Source of the DNA: an uncultured delta proteobacterium
GTDB lineage: Bacteria > Desulfobacterota > Syntrophia > Syntrophales > UBA5619
Assembly: GCA_963817385.1 (NCBI GenBank)
Contig: CAWFOM010000007.1
Span: 49,840-113,839, forward strand
Reading direction: 5' to 3'
DNA length: 64,000 bases
Positions 10,181 to 23,985 of this stretch are shown one piece after another. A program made the translations under genes and the position numbers. The notes under the pieces were generated by a model. That model did not search any database. It was given only the letters and a program-made list of their open reading frames with translations, and had not been told where the DNA came from. Numbering within the stretch: the stretch's first letter is position 1; every line of letters starts with the position of its first letter.

Positions 10181-10257
10181 TGGTGGGTCGTACGGGAATC
10201 GGACCCGTGACCAACGGATTAAAAGTCCGCTGCTCTACCGGACTGAGCTAACGACCC
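10181..10257 (-). tRNA. tRNA-Lys(UUU)
   Basis: GGGTCGTTAGCTCAGTCCGGTAGAGCAGCGGACTTTTAATCCGTTGGTCACGGGTCCGATTCCCGTACGACCCACCA; cloverleaf, CCA end. Confidence 0.93.
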
Positions 10258-10338
10258 GCGATCTGAAAGCCCGCCCACATAACAGGAACGGGCATTTTTT
10301 GTCAAGCGGAAACATGAGCGGCTGTGATCCGGTCCCCA

Positions 10339-11662
<1,324 letters not shown>

Positions 11663-11686
11663 TTACCGTTGAAGACGCAGGGGTCT

Positions 11687-13271
11687 TTACATTTCCAATT
11701 CGGTGACCGAGATCACGTGCGGCAGTCTCCGGAGTTTTTCGATCACATCCGCGGAGGCGCTGCTGTCGGTGCTCAGGACGACCATCGCCTGGCCGTCGAC
11801 CTGTTCGCGGCTCAGGTGAAGTCGCGAGATGTTGACGCCGCTTGTGCCCAGGGTCGTGCCGATGTTGCCGATAACGCCCGGCTTGTCCTCGTTGAACATG
11901 ACGAACATCCGCCCTTCCGGGATGACCTCGACCGTAAATTTGTTGATCCGCACGATCCGCGGCTCCTGACGGCCGAAGATGGTTCCTGCGGCGCCGGCTT
12001 CGCCTTTGGCGGTCTTGATCGTCACGGAGATCATGCTTGTATAGTCTTTTACCTCGCTGCTTTTTACTTCGACCACCTTGATCCCGCGTTCCTTGGCGAT
12101 GAGCGGGGCGTTGATGTAATTTACGCTCTCGTTGAGGATGGGGGTAAGGAGCCCCTTGAGCAGAGATATGGTGATCGGGGCGACATTATAGTTAAGGATC
12201 TCTCCGCTGTACTCAACGATGACCTCCTTGATGCCGCCGGAAACGAGCTGGGCCTCGAACTTTCCCAGCTTCTCCGCCAGGACCAGATAGGGGCGGATCA
12301 CGGCCAAGAGCTCGGCGCGTGACCGAAGGGAAGTTTACGGCGCCCTTGATCTCACCGGTCGTCAGGTAGGCGACGATCTGCTCGGCGACGGCAATGGCAA
12401 CATTGATTTGCGCCTCGTCGGTGGAGGCCCCCAGGTGGGGCGTGCAGATGACGTTTTCAAGCGCAATGAGCGCCGTGTTCTTCGTCGGCTCTTCCTCGAA
12501 GACGTCGAGGGCGGCGCCGGCCACCTTGCCGGATACGAGGGCGTCATAGAGATCCTTCTCGCTGACGATCCCGCCCCGGGCGCAGTTGACGATGTAGACC
12601 CCCTTTTTCATCCTTGCAAAGGCAGCCGCATTGATCACCCCCCGGGTCTCCTTCGTCATGGGGGTATGGACCGTGATGATATCGGCCTGCCGGAAAATCT
12701 CGTCGAGGCTGGCCAGCGTGATCCCCATCTGCTGTGCCGCCTCCGGGGCGATGAAGGGGTCGTAGGCGATGACCTTCATCTTCAGCCCCTGCGCCCGGTC
12801 GGCGACGATGCTGCCGACCCTGCCGATGCCGACGATCCCGAGGGTCTTGTTCATGAACTCATGCCCGGTGAATTTGCTCTTTTCCCACTTCCCGGCCTTC
12901 ATCGACGCCGTCGCCTGGGGGATCATCCGGACCAGGGAGAGCATCATGGCGATCGCGTGTTCGCCGGTGGTGACGGCGTTGCCGCCGGGGGTGTTCATGA
13001 CGACGATGCCCCGCTTGCTGGCCGCCGGGATGTCCACGTTGTCGAGGCCGATGCCGGCGCGGCCGACAACGCTCAGTTTCTCGGCGCAATCGATCACCTC
13101 CTGGGTGACCTTGGTGGCGCTCCGGATCACCAGGCCGTCGTAATCGCCGATGACCGCCTTGAGTTCATCGGGGGTCATCTTCGTTCGGACGTCGACCTCG
13201 ATTCCCGGTGTCTTTTTGAAGATCTCGATCCCTTCCGTGGACAGGTTGTCACTGATAAGAATTTTCTTCAT
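11687..13271 (-). CDS. serA: D-3-phosphoglycerate dehydrogenase with ASB/ACT domains (frameshift near 12315)
   Basis: GRAGIGLDNVD, GIGRVG, TPHLGAST; C-terminal DKPGVIG ACT domain in second frame. Confidence 0.93.
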
Positions 13272-13319
13272 GAATCATTCCCTCCCTGGGAATTCTATAG
13301 AGTTGCGATCTTTTCCCGG

Positions 13320-14423
13320 CTAGACCTTCTCCAACTCCCCAAGGGCGATGCGGATGTCCGCGGGGTCGATGGTGGGGCCGCACCAGAATCGGAATCCCGG
13401 GGGCGCGTCCTTGTATGATCCTATGTCATAGGCGATCTTTCTCTTACCCAATTCGCCGGCGATGCCTTTGAGGAATTTTGCCTGCTCCTCGGTCGGCAGC
13501 GCCGTAACCTTGTCGCTGACCACGGAGAGGCAGACCGAGGTGTTGGAGCGGATCTCCGGGGATACGGCCAGAAATGCGATCCAGTCGTTCTTTGCAACCC
13601 ACTCCTCTACGACCCTGAGGTTGGCCAGGCTTTTTCGGATGAGGCCGTCGAGACCGATCCCGTCGGCCCATTTCAGGCCGTCCAGGTAATCCTCCACACA
13701 GAGAAGGGAGGGGGTGTTGATCGTGTCCCCCTCGAAGATCGCCCGGTTGACTTTTCCCCCTTTTTTCATGCGGAAGATCTTGGGCAGCGGCCATGGCGGG
13801 TCGTACGATTCCAGGCGTTCCACCGCCCGGGGGCCCAGGACGATCATCCCGTGGCCCGCCTCACCGCCGAGACACTTCTGCCAGGAGAAGGTCGTCACAT
13901 CCGTCTTCGACCAGTCGATGGGCATGGCGAAGGCGGCGCTCGTCGCATCGCAGAGGGAAAGGCCTTTCCGCTCGGCGGGGATCCAGTCCCAGTTCGGGAT
14001 CTTGACCCCGCTGGTCGTCCCGTTGGCGACGAAGACGACGTCGCTTTCCCAGTCGACTTTCGCAAGATCGGGGATCCGTCCGTAATCGGCCCGCATGACC
14101 GTGGGGTTGAGCTTCAGTTGTTTGGCGATGTCGGTCGCCCACCCCTCCGAGAAACTCTCCCAGACGAGAACGGTGACCGGCCTCGCGCCCAAAAGACCCC
14201 ACATGGCGGCCTCGAAAGCCCCCGTATCCGAGGCGGGCATGACACCGGCAAGGTAGTGTTCGGGGATACCGAGGATCCTCTTGGTTTCCCGGATGGCCAG
14301 GGTAATTTTTTCTTTTCCCAAGGCGGAGCGGTGGGATCGCCCGACCGCAGCGTCCTTCAAGGCGTCGAGGCTCCATCCGGGTCTCTTGCTGCAGGGACCG
14401 GAGGCGAAATTGGGATTATGCAC
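13320..14423 (-). CDS. serC: Phosphoserine aminotransferase (Methanosarcina/alphaproteobacterial type)
   Basis: [36 protein letters not shown]. Confidence 0.9.
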   Translation of the reverse strand: MHNPNFASGPCSKRPGWSLDALKDAAVGRSHRSALGKEKITLAIRETKRILGIPEHYLAGVMPASDTGAFEAAMWGLLGARPVTVLVWESFSEGWATDIAKQLKLNPTVMRADYGRIPDLAKVDWESDVVFVANGTTSGVKIPNWDWIPAERKGLSLCDATSAAFAMPIDWSKTDVTTFSWQKCLGGEAGHGMIVLGPRAVERLESYDPPWPLPKIFRMKKGGKVNRAIFEGDTINTPSLLCVEDYLDGLKWADGIGLDGLIRKSLANLRVVEEWVAKNDWIAFLAVSPEIRSNTSVCLSVVSDKVTALPTEEQAKFLKGIAGELGKRKIAYDIGSYKDAPPGFRFWCGPTIDPADIRIALGELEKV

Positions 14424-14580
14424 GATCAGCTCCTTAATCTTTAAGCAGGAATAGAAAAATGACGGGGAAATATATCAATATTGGAATGATTACTCAAGCA
14501 TTTTTGGTTTCCGGTTGACGGCGGGGAGGGGAAAGGGTATGTATCCGTAAGAAGGCTTTATTGCCGGAGGAGGTTCGCCC

Positions 14581-15940
14581 GTGAAAAAGATGAGGACGAT
14601 GTTTTTCTGCCAGAATTGCGGCCAGCAGTCGCCGAAATGGCTGGGGAAATGTCCGTCCTGCGGCGAGTGGAACCGTTTCGTCGAAGAGGAGATCCGGGAT
14701 GCCGAGGCGGCATCTCCGGCCGGTGTCAGGTTTGACGGCGTTCCCCAGTCCATCGATGCCATCACGGCCGATGAAGGGGATCGGATCACGACGGGGATCG
14801 TCGAGATGGACCGGGTCCTCGGAGGCGGGATCGTCGCCGGCTCCGCCGATCCTGGTCGGGGGTGATCCCGGGATCGGAAAATCGACGCTTCTTCTGCAGG
14901 TGCTCGAGAACCTGGCCCGGAGGGGCCTGACGGTCCTCTATTGCTCCGGCGAGGAATCGGCCCGGCAGATCAAGCTCCGGGGAAAGCGGCTCGGGGCCTC
15001 CGCCAAAGGTCTCCTCATCCTGGTCGAGGTCGAACTGGAGAACATCCTCAGCCGGATCCAGGAGATCAAACCCGCCGTCGCGGTCATCGATTCCATCCAG
15101 ACCGTCTATTCCTCCGTTCTCTCCTCCGCGCCGGGGAGCGTGGGGCAGGTGCGGGAGGCATCGGGCAGGCTGATCCTCATGTCCAAGAAGACGGGCATTC
15201 CGATCTTCCTCGTCGGCCATGTCACGAAGGACGGTTCGATCGCCGGACCCAAGGTCCTGGAGCACATGGTCGATACGGTCCTCTATTTCGAGGGGGATTC
15301 CGGGCACGCCTACCGGGTCATCCGGGGGATCAAGAACCGCTTCGGCCCGACCCATGAGATCGGGGTCTTCGAGATGCGGGATACGGGCCTTACGGAGGTC
15401 TCCAATCCTTCGGCCTTCTTTCTTTCGGAGAGGCCGGAAGGGGCCGCAGGATCGGTGGTCGTGCCGAGCATGGAGGGGACCCGGCCGATCCTGATCGAGG
15501 TCCAGTCCCTGGTCAGCCCCACGAGCTTCGGGATGCCGAGGCGCACCGCGATCGGCGTGGACCATAACCGGGTGTCGCTGCTCACGGCCGTCATGGACAA
15601 GATCTGCGGCATCCATCTCGGGAACAGCGATATCTTTCTGAATGTGGCGGGAGGGGTGAAGGTGGACGAGCCGGCGATCGATCTCGGGATCGTCTCGGCG
15701 ATGGCCTCGAGTTTCCTCGACCGGCCGATTGCGGCGGGGACCGTCGTTTTCGGCGAGGTCGGCCTGACCGGTGAAATCCGGGGGATCTCCCAGACGGAGG
15801 TCCGGATCAGGGAAGCGGCCCGGATGGGCTTCACGCGGTGTATCCTCCCCCGGACGCAGACCCGTGAATGCCTGCCGGAGATGCAGATCGAACTGATCCG
15901 AATCGGTTCCCTCAAGGAACTGACGGAACATCTTTTTTGA
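14581..15940 (+). CDS. radA: DNA repair protein RadA/Sms (frameshift near 14847)
   Basis: Zn finger CQNC...CPSC, GDPGIGKSTLLLQ, KNRFG motif. Confidence 0.95.
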
Positions 15941-16089
15941 ACAGTGACTGATGCATTGCCGAATACGTAAAACTATTTTTTATATCAGCATGCCTTGACA
16001 TGAAAAAATAGATGCTTAATATATGCGCAATCTGTTGAGCCATAAGATGATTTACAGATCTATATAATAACGAAAGGAGAGGGTAAAGC

Positions 16090-16380
16090 ATGAAAATCAG
16101 ACCATTACAGGACAGAGTTATTGTGAAGCGGCTGGAGGAGGAGGCAAAGACGAAGGGAGGGATCATCATTCCCGATACCGCCAAAGAGAAACCCGTAGAA
16201 GGGATCGTCGTTGCCGTGGGAAAGGGAAAGACCGCCGAGGACGGCAAACTGATCAAATTGGATGTCAAGGCGGGCGACCGGATCCTTTTCGGCAAGTATG
16301 CGGGTACGGAAGTGAAGATCGACGGCGTGGAACATCTGATCATGCGCGAAGACGATATTCTGGGAATCTTAGAGAAATAA
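16090..16380 (+). CDS. groES: Co-chaperonin GroES
   Basis: [23 protein letters not shown]. Confidence 0.98.
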   Translation: MKIRPLQDRVIVKRLEEEAKTKGGIIIPDTAKEKPVEGIVVAVGKGKTAEDGKLIKLDVKAGDRILFGKYAGTEVKIDGVEHLIMREDDILGILEK

Positions 16381-16388
16381 TAAACTGA

Positions 16389-18047
<1,659 letters not shown>

Positions 18048-18070
18048 TTCCCCGGCCATAATGGTTGAAC

Positions 18071-18102
18071 AAGGCCCCCGTCTAAGGACGGGGGCTTTTT
18101 TT
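18071..18102 (+). terminator. Rho-independent terminator of groESL
   Basis: AAGGCCCCCGTC-TAAG-GACGGGGGC then T7. Confidence 0.9.
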
Positions 18103-18128
18103 ATTCCAAACTCACCTTGGAAATTAAG

Positions 18129-18259
18129 GCAAGTTGGAAATCGCGATCCCTCCGTGCGCTGGACATTTTCCGACCCGCACCTCCTCGCTAAAGCTGCGGG
18201 GGTAGGGTGACCCCGGAAAATCTCCAATGCGCACTACCGGGACCCCGATCCCAACTTGC
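18129..18259. repeat. 131-bp imperfect palindrome (long hairpin element)
   Basis: Nested inverted segments GCAAGTTGG/CCAACTTGC, GTGCGC/GCGCAC, ATTTTCCG/CGGAAAAT. Confidence 0.7.
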
Positions 18260-18296
18260 TCCAAAGCCGAAGAGGATGTCGAAAAAACCCTTTGGG

Positions 18297-18420
18297 CAGA
18301 CTGTTCAAAAGTGGTCAGATGCAAGGCGCGCAAAAACCGAAGAGTGAGGCGTATATGAAAATACGTTGAGGGATGAGGTTTGCAGCGCAACGCCGCAGAT
18401 GATCGTTTTTCAACAGCCTG
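18297..18420. mobile_element. MITE-like non-autonomous element
   Basis: Terminal inverted repeats CAGACTGTTCAAAA / TTTTCAACAGCCTG (12/14 match); no ORF. Confidence 0.65.
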
Positions 18421-18508
18421 TTAAAACAAAGAGATGCTTGAAAGTGGGGGAGATCTGTGGTAGCGTTCACCGCTATTTGCGAAGACATTCCAACTTGAGG
18501 AGCGTTGA

Positions 18509-21298
18509 ATGGATTACAAGGAAAGTTTGAATCTGCCGAAGACGGATTTCCCCATGAAGGCCAACCTGTCCAAACGGGAGCCGGAGATGCTTGCCCGTTG
18601 GGACGAAATGCGTATATATGACCGGATCCGCGAGACATCGCAGGGACGGAAGCCCTATATCCTTCACGACGGTCCCCCCTACGCCAACGGAAGCATCCAT
18701 CTGGGCACCGCGCTCAACAAGATCATCAAAGACATCCTCGTCAAGGCGAAGAATATGACGGGCCGCGACAGCGTCTATGTCCCCGGCTGGGACTGCCACG
18801 GCCTGCCGATCGAGCACCAGGTGGACAAGGAACTGGGCGATAAAAAGGCTGGGATGTCCCAGGCCGACAAACGGCGTTTCTGCCGCGTCTATGCAAACAA
18901 GTTCGTTGCGATCCAGCGTGAGCAGTTCAAGCGTCTCGGAGTCTTCGGTGAGTGGGACAACCCTTACCTTACGATGTCCTATGACTACGAGGCGACTACC
19001 GTTCGTGAGTTCGGTGCGCTCTACTTAAACGGGAGCGTCTACAAGGGGAAGAAACCTGTCTACTGGTGCGCCTCCTGCAAGACGGCTCTCGCGGAGGCCG
19101 AGGTCGAATACCACGATCACACGACTCCCTCGATCTATGTTAGATTCCCTCTTATTTCCGATGTTTCGGCGCGTCTCCCGAAGCTCGCCGGCGAGAAGAT
19201 CTCCGTCGTCATCTGGACGACGACCCCCTGGACGATCCCGGCGAACCTGGCCATCGCCTTCCATGAGGAGTTCCTCTATGTGGCGGTGAAGGTCAGGGGA
19301 GAGGTCCTGATCCTCGCGAAGGATCTCCTCGATTACTGCCTGGACGCCTTCGGCTTCAGTGGGGAGGCGTACGAGATCCTCGACGAGTTTCCCGGCGCGG
19401 TCGTGGAGGGTCTCAAGTGCCGCCATCCCCTGATCGACCGGGAGACGCTCCTCATCCTTGCCCCGTTCGTCACCCTCGACGCAGGGAGCGGATGCGTCCA
19501 CATCGCCCCGGGCCACGGCCAGGAGGACTACGAGATCGGGATGAAATACGGCCTGGATAACTATGCCCCTGTGGACGACGACGGAAAATTCACCAAGGAC
19601 GTGAAGGATTTTGCGGGTTGTTTCGTCTTCGACGCCAACGATGCGATCAATGCGAAGCTCAAGGAGGCGGGCGCCCTCCTCGGGCAGGTGGCGATTCAGC
19701 ACACCTATCCCCACTGCTGGCGCTGCAAGCAGCCGATCATCTTCCGCTCGACGGAGCAGTGGTTCATCTCCATGGAGAAGAACGACCTCCGGAAGAAGGC
19801 GCTTGCCGCGATCGACGGCGTGACCTGGATCCCCGCCTGGGGGCGTGACCGGATCTACGGCATGGTCGAGAATCGCCCCGATTGGTGCATCTCCCGCCAG
19901 AGGCTCTGGGGTGTGCCCATCACGATGTTCTACTGCAAGGAGTGCGACCGTGAGCTCATGACACGGGAGATCCTGGATCACGTGGTCGGGCTCGTCCGTG
20001 AGCACGGCGCCGACGTCTGGTTCGAACGGGAGGCAAACGACCTTTTGCCCCCGGGGACCCGCTGTCCCAAATGCGGCGGCAAGGAGTTCAAGAAGGAGAC
20101 GAACATCCTCGATGTCTGGTTCGATTCCGGGGTAAGCCACGCCGCCGTCCTGGAGAACCGGCCGGATCTCACCTCTCCGGCGGACATGTACCTGGAGGGG
20201 AACGACCAGCACCGGGGTTGGTTCCACTCCTCGCTTCTTGAGTCGGTGGGCACGCGGGGACGGGCGCCGTATCGGAATGTTCTGACCCACGGCTTTGTCG
20301 TTGACGGCGAGGGGAAGAAGATGTCCAAGTCCGTCGGGAACGTCATCGACTCCCAGACGATCATCGATGAATACGGCGCCGAGATCCTCCGGCTCTGGGT
20401 GGCCGCCGAGGATTACACCGAGGACATCCGCGTCTCCGAGGAGATCCTCAAGCGCCTTGTTGAAGCCTACCGACGGATCCGGAACACCAGCCGGTTCATT
20501 CTGGGAAATCTCTATGACTTCAACCCGGCCACGGACGCCGTGCCCTATGCGGAGATGGCGGAGATGGACCGCTGGATCCTCCACCGCCTTCAGGAGGTGG
20601 TCCGGCGGGTTCGCGAGGCCTACGAGCAATACCAGTTCCATGTGGTCTACACGACCCTCTACAATTTTTGTACGGTGGATCTCTCATCGCTCTACCTCGA
20701 TATCCTGAAGGACCGTCTCTACACCTCGAAGGCCGCATCGCCCGCCCGCCGCTCGGCGCAGACGGCGATGACGGCGCTCCTGGAGGCGATGGTCCAGCTC
20801 CTGGCCCCCATCCTCACCTTTACGGCGGAGGAGGTGTGGCAGGCGCTGCCCGCTTATCCCGGCAAGGCCGAGAGTGTTCACCTCACCCAGTTTCCGGAGG
20901 TGAATGAGCAATATCTCCAGCCGGATCTGGCGGAGAGATGGAAGACGCTCATCGCCGTCAAAGGGGAAGTGGCCAAGGCCATCGAGGCCGCCCGGCAGAG
21001 CAAGGTCCTGGGCCATTCTCTCGATGCAGCCGTTGTCATCGCGGCGCCCGAGAATCTTCGCACCATCCTGGAGCAACACCGGGAGGATCTTCGCACCCTT
21101 TTGATCGTCTCCGATGTCCGGCTCGTCGATGAGCAAGCGATCGGCGACGCCTATCGCAGCGCCGAGATCGCCGGTCTTGCGGTACGTGTGGGTCGGGCGA
21201 AGGGAGAAAAGTGCAACCGCTGCTGGAACTACAGCGAGACGGTCGGTTCAAGCGAGGAGCATCCGACTATTTGCGCACGGTGCCGGGATAACCTTTAG
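18509..21298 (+). CDS. ileS: Isoleucine--tRNA ligase
   Basis: HDGPPYANG, PGWDCHGLP, WTTTPWT, WCISRQR, KMSKS, C-terminal Zn finger. Confidence 0.98.
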   Translation: MDYKESLNLPKTDFPMKANLSKREPEMLARWDEMRIYDRIRETSQGRKPYILHDGPPYANGSIHLGTALNKIIKDILVKAKNMTGRDSVYVPGWDCHGLPIEHQVDKELGDKKAGMSQADKRRFCRVYANKFVAIQREQFKRLGVFGEWDNPYLTMSYDYEATTVREFGALYLNGSVYKGKKPVYWCASCKTALAEAEVEYHDHTTPSIYVRFPLISDVSARLPKLAGEKISVVIWTTTPWTIPANLAIAFHEEFLYVAVKVRGEVLILAKDLLDYCLDAFGFSGEAYEILDEFPGAVVEGLKCRHPLIDRETLLILAPFVTLDAGSGCVHIAPGHGQEDYEIGMKYGLDNYAPVDDDGKFTKDVKDFAGCFVFDANDAINAKLKEAGALLGQVAIQHTYPHCWRCKQPIIFRSTEQWFISMEKNDLRKKALAAIDGVTWIPAWGRDRIYGMVENRPDWCISRQRLWGVPITMFYCKECDRELMTREILDHVVGLVREHGADVWFEREANDLLPPGTRCPKCGGKEFKKETNILDVWFDSGVSHAAVLENRPDLTSPADMYLEGNDQHRGWFHSSLLESVGTRGRAPYRNVLTHGFVVDGEGKKMSKSVGNVIDSQTIIDEYGAEILRLWVAAEDYTEDIRVSEEILKRLVEAYRRIRNTSRFILGNLYDFNPATDAVPYAEMAEMDRWILHRLQEVVRRVREAYEQYQFHVVYTTLYNFCTVDLSSLYLDILKDRLYTSKAASPARRSAQTAMTALLEAMVQLLAPILTFTAEEVWQALPAYPGKAESVHLTQFPEVNEQYLQPDLAERWKTLIAVKGEVAKAIEAARQSKVLGHSLDAAVVIAAPENLRTILEQHREDLRTLLIVSDVRLVDEQAIGDAYRSAEIAGLAVRVGRAKGEKCNRCWNYSETVGSSEEHPTICARCRDNL

Positions 21299-21340
21299 CG
21301 GGTGGGAACGGTGATGCGGTAATGCATAGCGCGTAACGGA

Positions 21341-21862
21341 TTGGAGGGGCGGTTCTTGCAGAAGAAAAATATCCTCTTTCTGGCGGTCACCGTCCCGGTG
21401 ATCATCCTGGATCAACTGACAAAAGCCTGGATTCTTGCAACGCTGAGACTCCATGAAGGCTTTCCCGTCATCGACGGACTCTTCAATATCATTCACGTGC
21501 GGAATCCCGGCGCCGCCTTCGGCTTTCTGGCGGGGGTCGCTCCTGTCTTCCGGTCTGTTTTTTTCCTTTCGGTGACGCTGGCGGCGATTATCCTTATCCT
21601 CCACTTTTTTCGGGCGAGCCGGAGCGATGAGCCTTCGCTGGTCATTTCTCTGGCCCTGATCCTGGCCGGCGCCGGAGGAAACCTCATCGACCGCGTCCGT
21701 TTCGGGGAGGTGATCGATTTCCTCGACGTCTATGTCGGCGCCTACCACTGGCCCGCCTTCAATGTCGCCGATGCGGCGATCACGACCGGCGCGTCTCTCT
21801 TGGTGCTCATCCTCCTCGGGAGGAAGAAGGGACGAGCAGCGGGAGAGGGACGGGAAGAATAG
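21341..21862 (+). CDS. lspA: Lipoprotein signal peptidase II
   Basis: DQLTK, NPGAAF, GNLIDR, VIDF, FNVAD; follows ileS. Confidence 0.95.
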   Translation: MEGRFLQKKNILFLAVTVPVIILDQLTKAWILATLRLHEGFPVIDGLFNIIHVRNPGAAFGFLAGVAPVFRSVFFLSVTLAAIILILHFFRASRSDEPSLVISLALILAGAGGNLIDRVRFGEVIDFLDVYVGAYHWPAFNVADAAITTGASLLVLILLGRKKGRAAGEGREE

Positions 21863-21884
21863 GCGGCGTTCCACAGCCGGATCT

Positions 21885-23981
21885 TCATCCCAGGACGATC
21901 GTGGCATCCACGGCCGCCATCCCATCCTCACCGACGATCAGGGGATTGATGTCGATTTCCCGGATCCGCGGGTGGTGGAGACCGATTGTGCCCAGGGCGA
22001 CGAGGATCCGGGCGATCTCGTCCCGGTCGACGGGCGGCGCACCCCGGAAGCCGTCGAGCATCTTCCGGCCCCGGACGCGGCCGATGAGGTTGAGCGCCTC
22101 CCGGTGCGTCAGGGGGGCGACGGCAAAAGCGGCGTCGGCATAGAGCTCAGCCATCACCCCGCCCAGCCCGAACATCACGCAGGGGCCGAACTGAGGGTCG
22201 CGCGTAAGCCCGAGAATCAGCTCCACCGCTCCCCGAAGTTGTTTCTGGATGATGATCCGGCCTCGCCCCTCCATCTTTTCCATGAGACCGGCGAAGGCCG
22301 CGCGGGCGGCCTCTCCGTCGGAAATCCCCAGACGGACAAGACCAAGTTCCGTCTTGTGAACCGCTCCGGGCAGAAGTCCCTTCACGACGGCCGGGTAACC
22401 CAGGGAGGATGCCGCCGCCACTGCCCGATCCTCGTCGGCGGCGATCTCCTCCGGAACGACCGGAATACCGTAAACCGCGAGGATCGACTTGGAGAGGTGC
22501 TCGTCAAGGGGACCGGATGCCGAATCCAGGAGACGCTGCAGATCGACGGGCATTGTCCGACTGCCCGTTTTTTCGGTAATCATCGATTCCGGCTGGTGGC
22601 GTTCGCCAAGGGCGGCGGCCAGGCACTCCGAGGCGCGAGAAAGTTCGGTAAAGACGGGAATTCCGTAGTGAAGGGCTTCTTTCTGGAACATATGGGAGTC
22701 GTCCCTCCGGCCGATGATCCAGGCGATGAGCGGTTTCCCGGCTCTGCGGACCTGAGCGGACAAGTCGGCGATGTTCAGCCTGTTGTGGGGATTGCTGATA
22801 AAGACATGAAGAAAGACGGCGTCCACCCCCGGGTCGCCGAGGAGGGCCGCCAGGGAGCGGCCGTAGACATCGACAGCGGTGCCCGCTTGTCTCTCTACCG
22901 CCGGCCAGAGATCGACAGGATTGGCGACCGGCATCCACGGGGGAAAGAGCTCCCCCAAGGAGCGGATGGTTGAGGGAGAAAGAGCGGCCATGGCAAGTCC
23001 CTGTTCGGCGACGAAATCGGTGGCGACGATGCCCGCCCCGCCGCTCATAGTCAGAATCGCCACCCGGCGTGACCGGTCGGCGGGCGGGTTCGTCAGGGCG
23101 AGCGACCGGCAGAGGTCCATCATCTGCTTGAAGTCCCGCGCTTCGATCACGCCGACCTGGGCAAGGGCGCCGGCGATGATCCGCTGGTTCCCGGCGAGGG
23201 ATGCCGTATGGCTCAGCGCCGCTTCCGCCCCCTGCCGGCTTCGGCCCCCCTTGAGCACGCAGATCGGTTTCGCGCTCCGCCGGCACAGCTCCAGGAAACG
23301 CCGCCCGTCGGAGAAGGATTCGAGGTAGAGGCCGATCACCCTCGTGTCGGGGTCGCCCAGGAAGTATTCCAGGATATCGCACTCATTGACATCGACCTTA
23401 TTCCCCAGGGAACAGACCTTGCTTACGCCCATCGTGGCATTGCTCATGATGTCGATGAGAAAGATGGCGGAGAGCATGCCGCTCTGCACCACGAGGGAAA
23501 CCGTTCCCGGGATAAATTCCTCCCGCTCCTGCGCCCGCGGATCCATGAAGGAAAAGATGCGGCTGTGGACGCAATCGACGAGGCCCATGCAGTTCGGGCC
23601 CCACAGACGGATGCCGGTGCGGGCGGCGATATCGCCGAGCGCGTTCTGCAGGCGCGCCCCTTCCGGACCGGTTTCCGCGAAACCGCCCGATTCGATCATG
23701 ACGCCGCGGACCCCCTTTGCGGCGCAATCCTCAACCGACGCAGGCACCAGCGGAGCCGGGACGAAGACGATGGCGAGGTCCACCGGGCCGGGGATGGCGC
23801 TGACGGAGGGATAGCATCTCAACCCCTCGATCTGATGGTATTTCGGATTGACGGGGTAGATCCCGCCGCGGTAACCGAAGAGGATGTTTTTCAGGATGGC
23901 GTTGCCGCCCTTGAGGGGGTTCGGGGTTGCGCCGACCACGGCTATCCCCTGCGGGTCGAAGAAAAAATCCATAGGCGTCAA
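21885..23981 (-). CDS. Acetate/acyl-CoA ligase (ADP-forming), fused alpha-beta
   Basis: CoA-binding domain (IYPVNP, GPNCMG, SHTASLAG) plus ATP-grasp domain (HKTE, DPQFGP, EIDINP). Confidence 0.9.
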   Translation of the reverse strand: MTPMDFFFDPQGIAVVGATPNPLKGGNAILKNILFGYRGGIYPVNPKYHQIEGLRCYPSVSAIPGPVDLAIVFVPAPLVPASVEDCAAKGVRGVMIESGGFAETGPEGARLQNALGDIAARTGIRLWGPNCMGLVDCVHSRIFSFMDPRAQEREEFIPGTVSLVVQSGMLSAIFLIDIMSNATMGVSKVCSLGNKVDVNECDILEYFLGDPDTRVIGLYLESFSDGRRFLELCRRSAKPICVLKGGRSRQGAEAALSHTASLAGNQRIIAGALAQVGVIEARDFKQMMDLCRSLALTNPPADRSRRVAILTMSGGAGIVATDFVAEQGLAMAALSPSTIRSLGELFPPWMPVANPVDLWPAVERQAGTAVDVYGRSLAALLGDPGVDAVFLHVFISNPHNRLNIADLSAQVRRAGKPLIAWIIGRRDDSHMFQKEALHYGIPVFTELSRASECLAAALGERHQPESMITEKTGSRTMPVDLQRLLDSASGPLDEHLSKSILAVYGIPVVPEEIAADEDRAVAAASSLGYPAVVKGLLPGAVHKTELGLVRLGISDGEAARAAFAGLMEKMEGRGRIIIQKQLRGAVELILGLTRDPQFGPCVMFGLGGVMAELYADAAFAVAPLTHREALNLIGRVRGRKMLDGFRGAPPVDRDEIARILVALGTIGLHHPRIREIDINPLIVGEDGMAAVDATIVLG

Positions 23982-23985
23982 CTCC

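Noticed and set aside
15941..16089. CIRCE operator upstream of groES
   Set aside because: No TTAGCACTC-N9-GAGTGCTAA; only a TTGACA promoter candidate.
18103..18508. T-box riboswitch upstream of ileS
   Set aside because: No T-box consensus (GGTGGNACCGCG) or terminator/antiterminator; the space is occupied by two repeat-like elements.
18698..18709. IleRS HIGH motif reads HLGT
   Set aside because: Variation in this motif occurs among IleRS enzymes and the rest of the protein is canonical; not enough to claim altered function.
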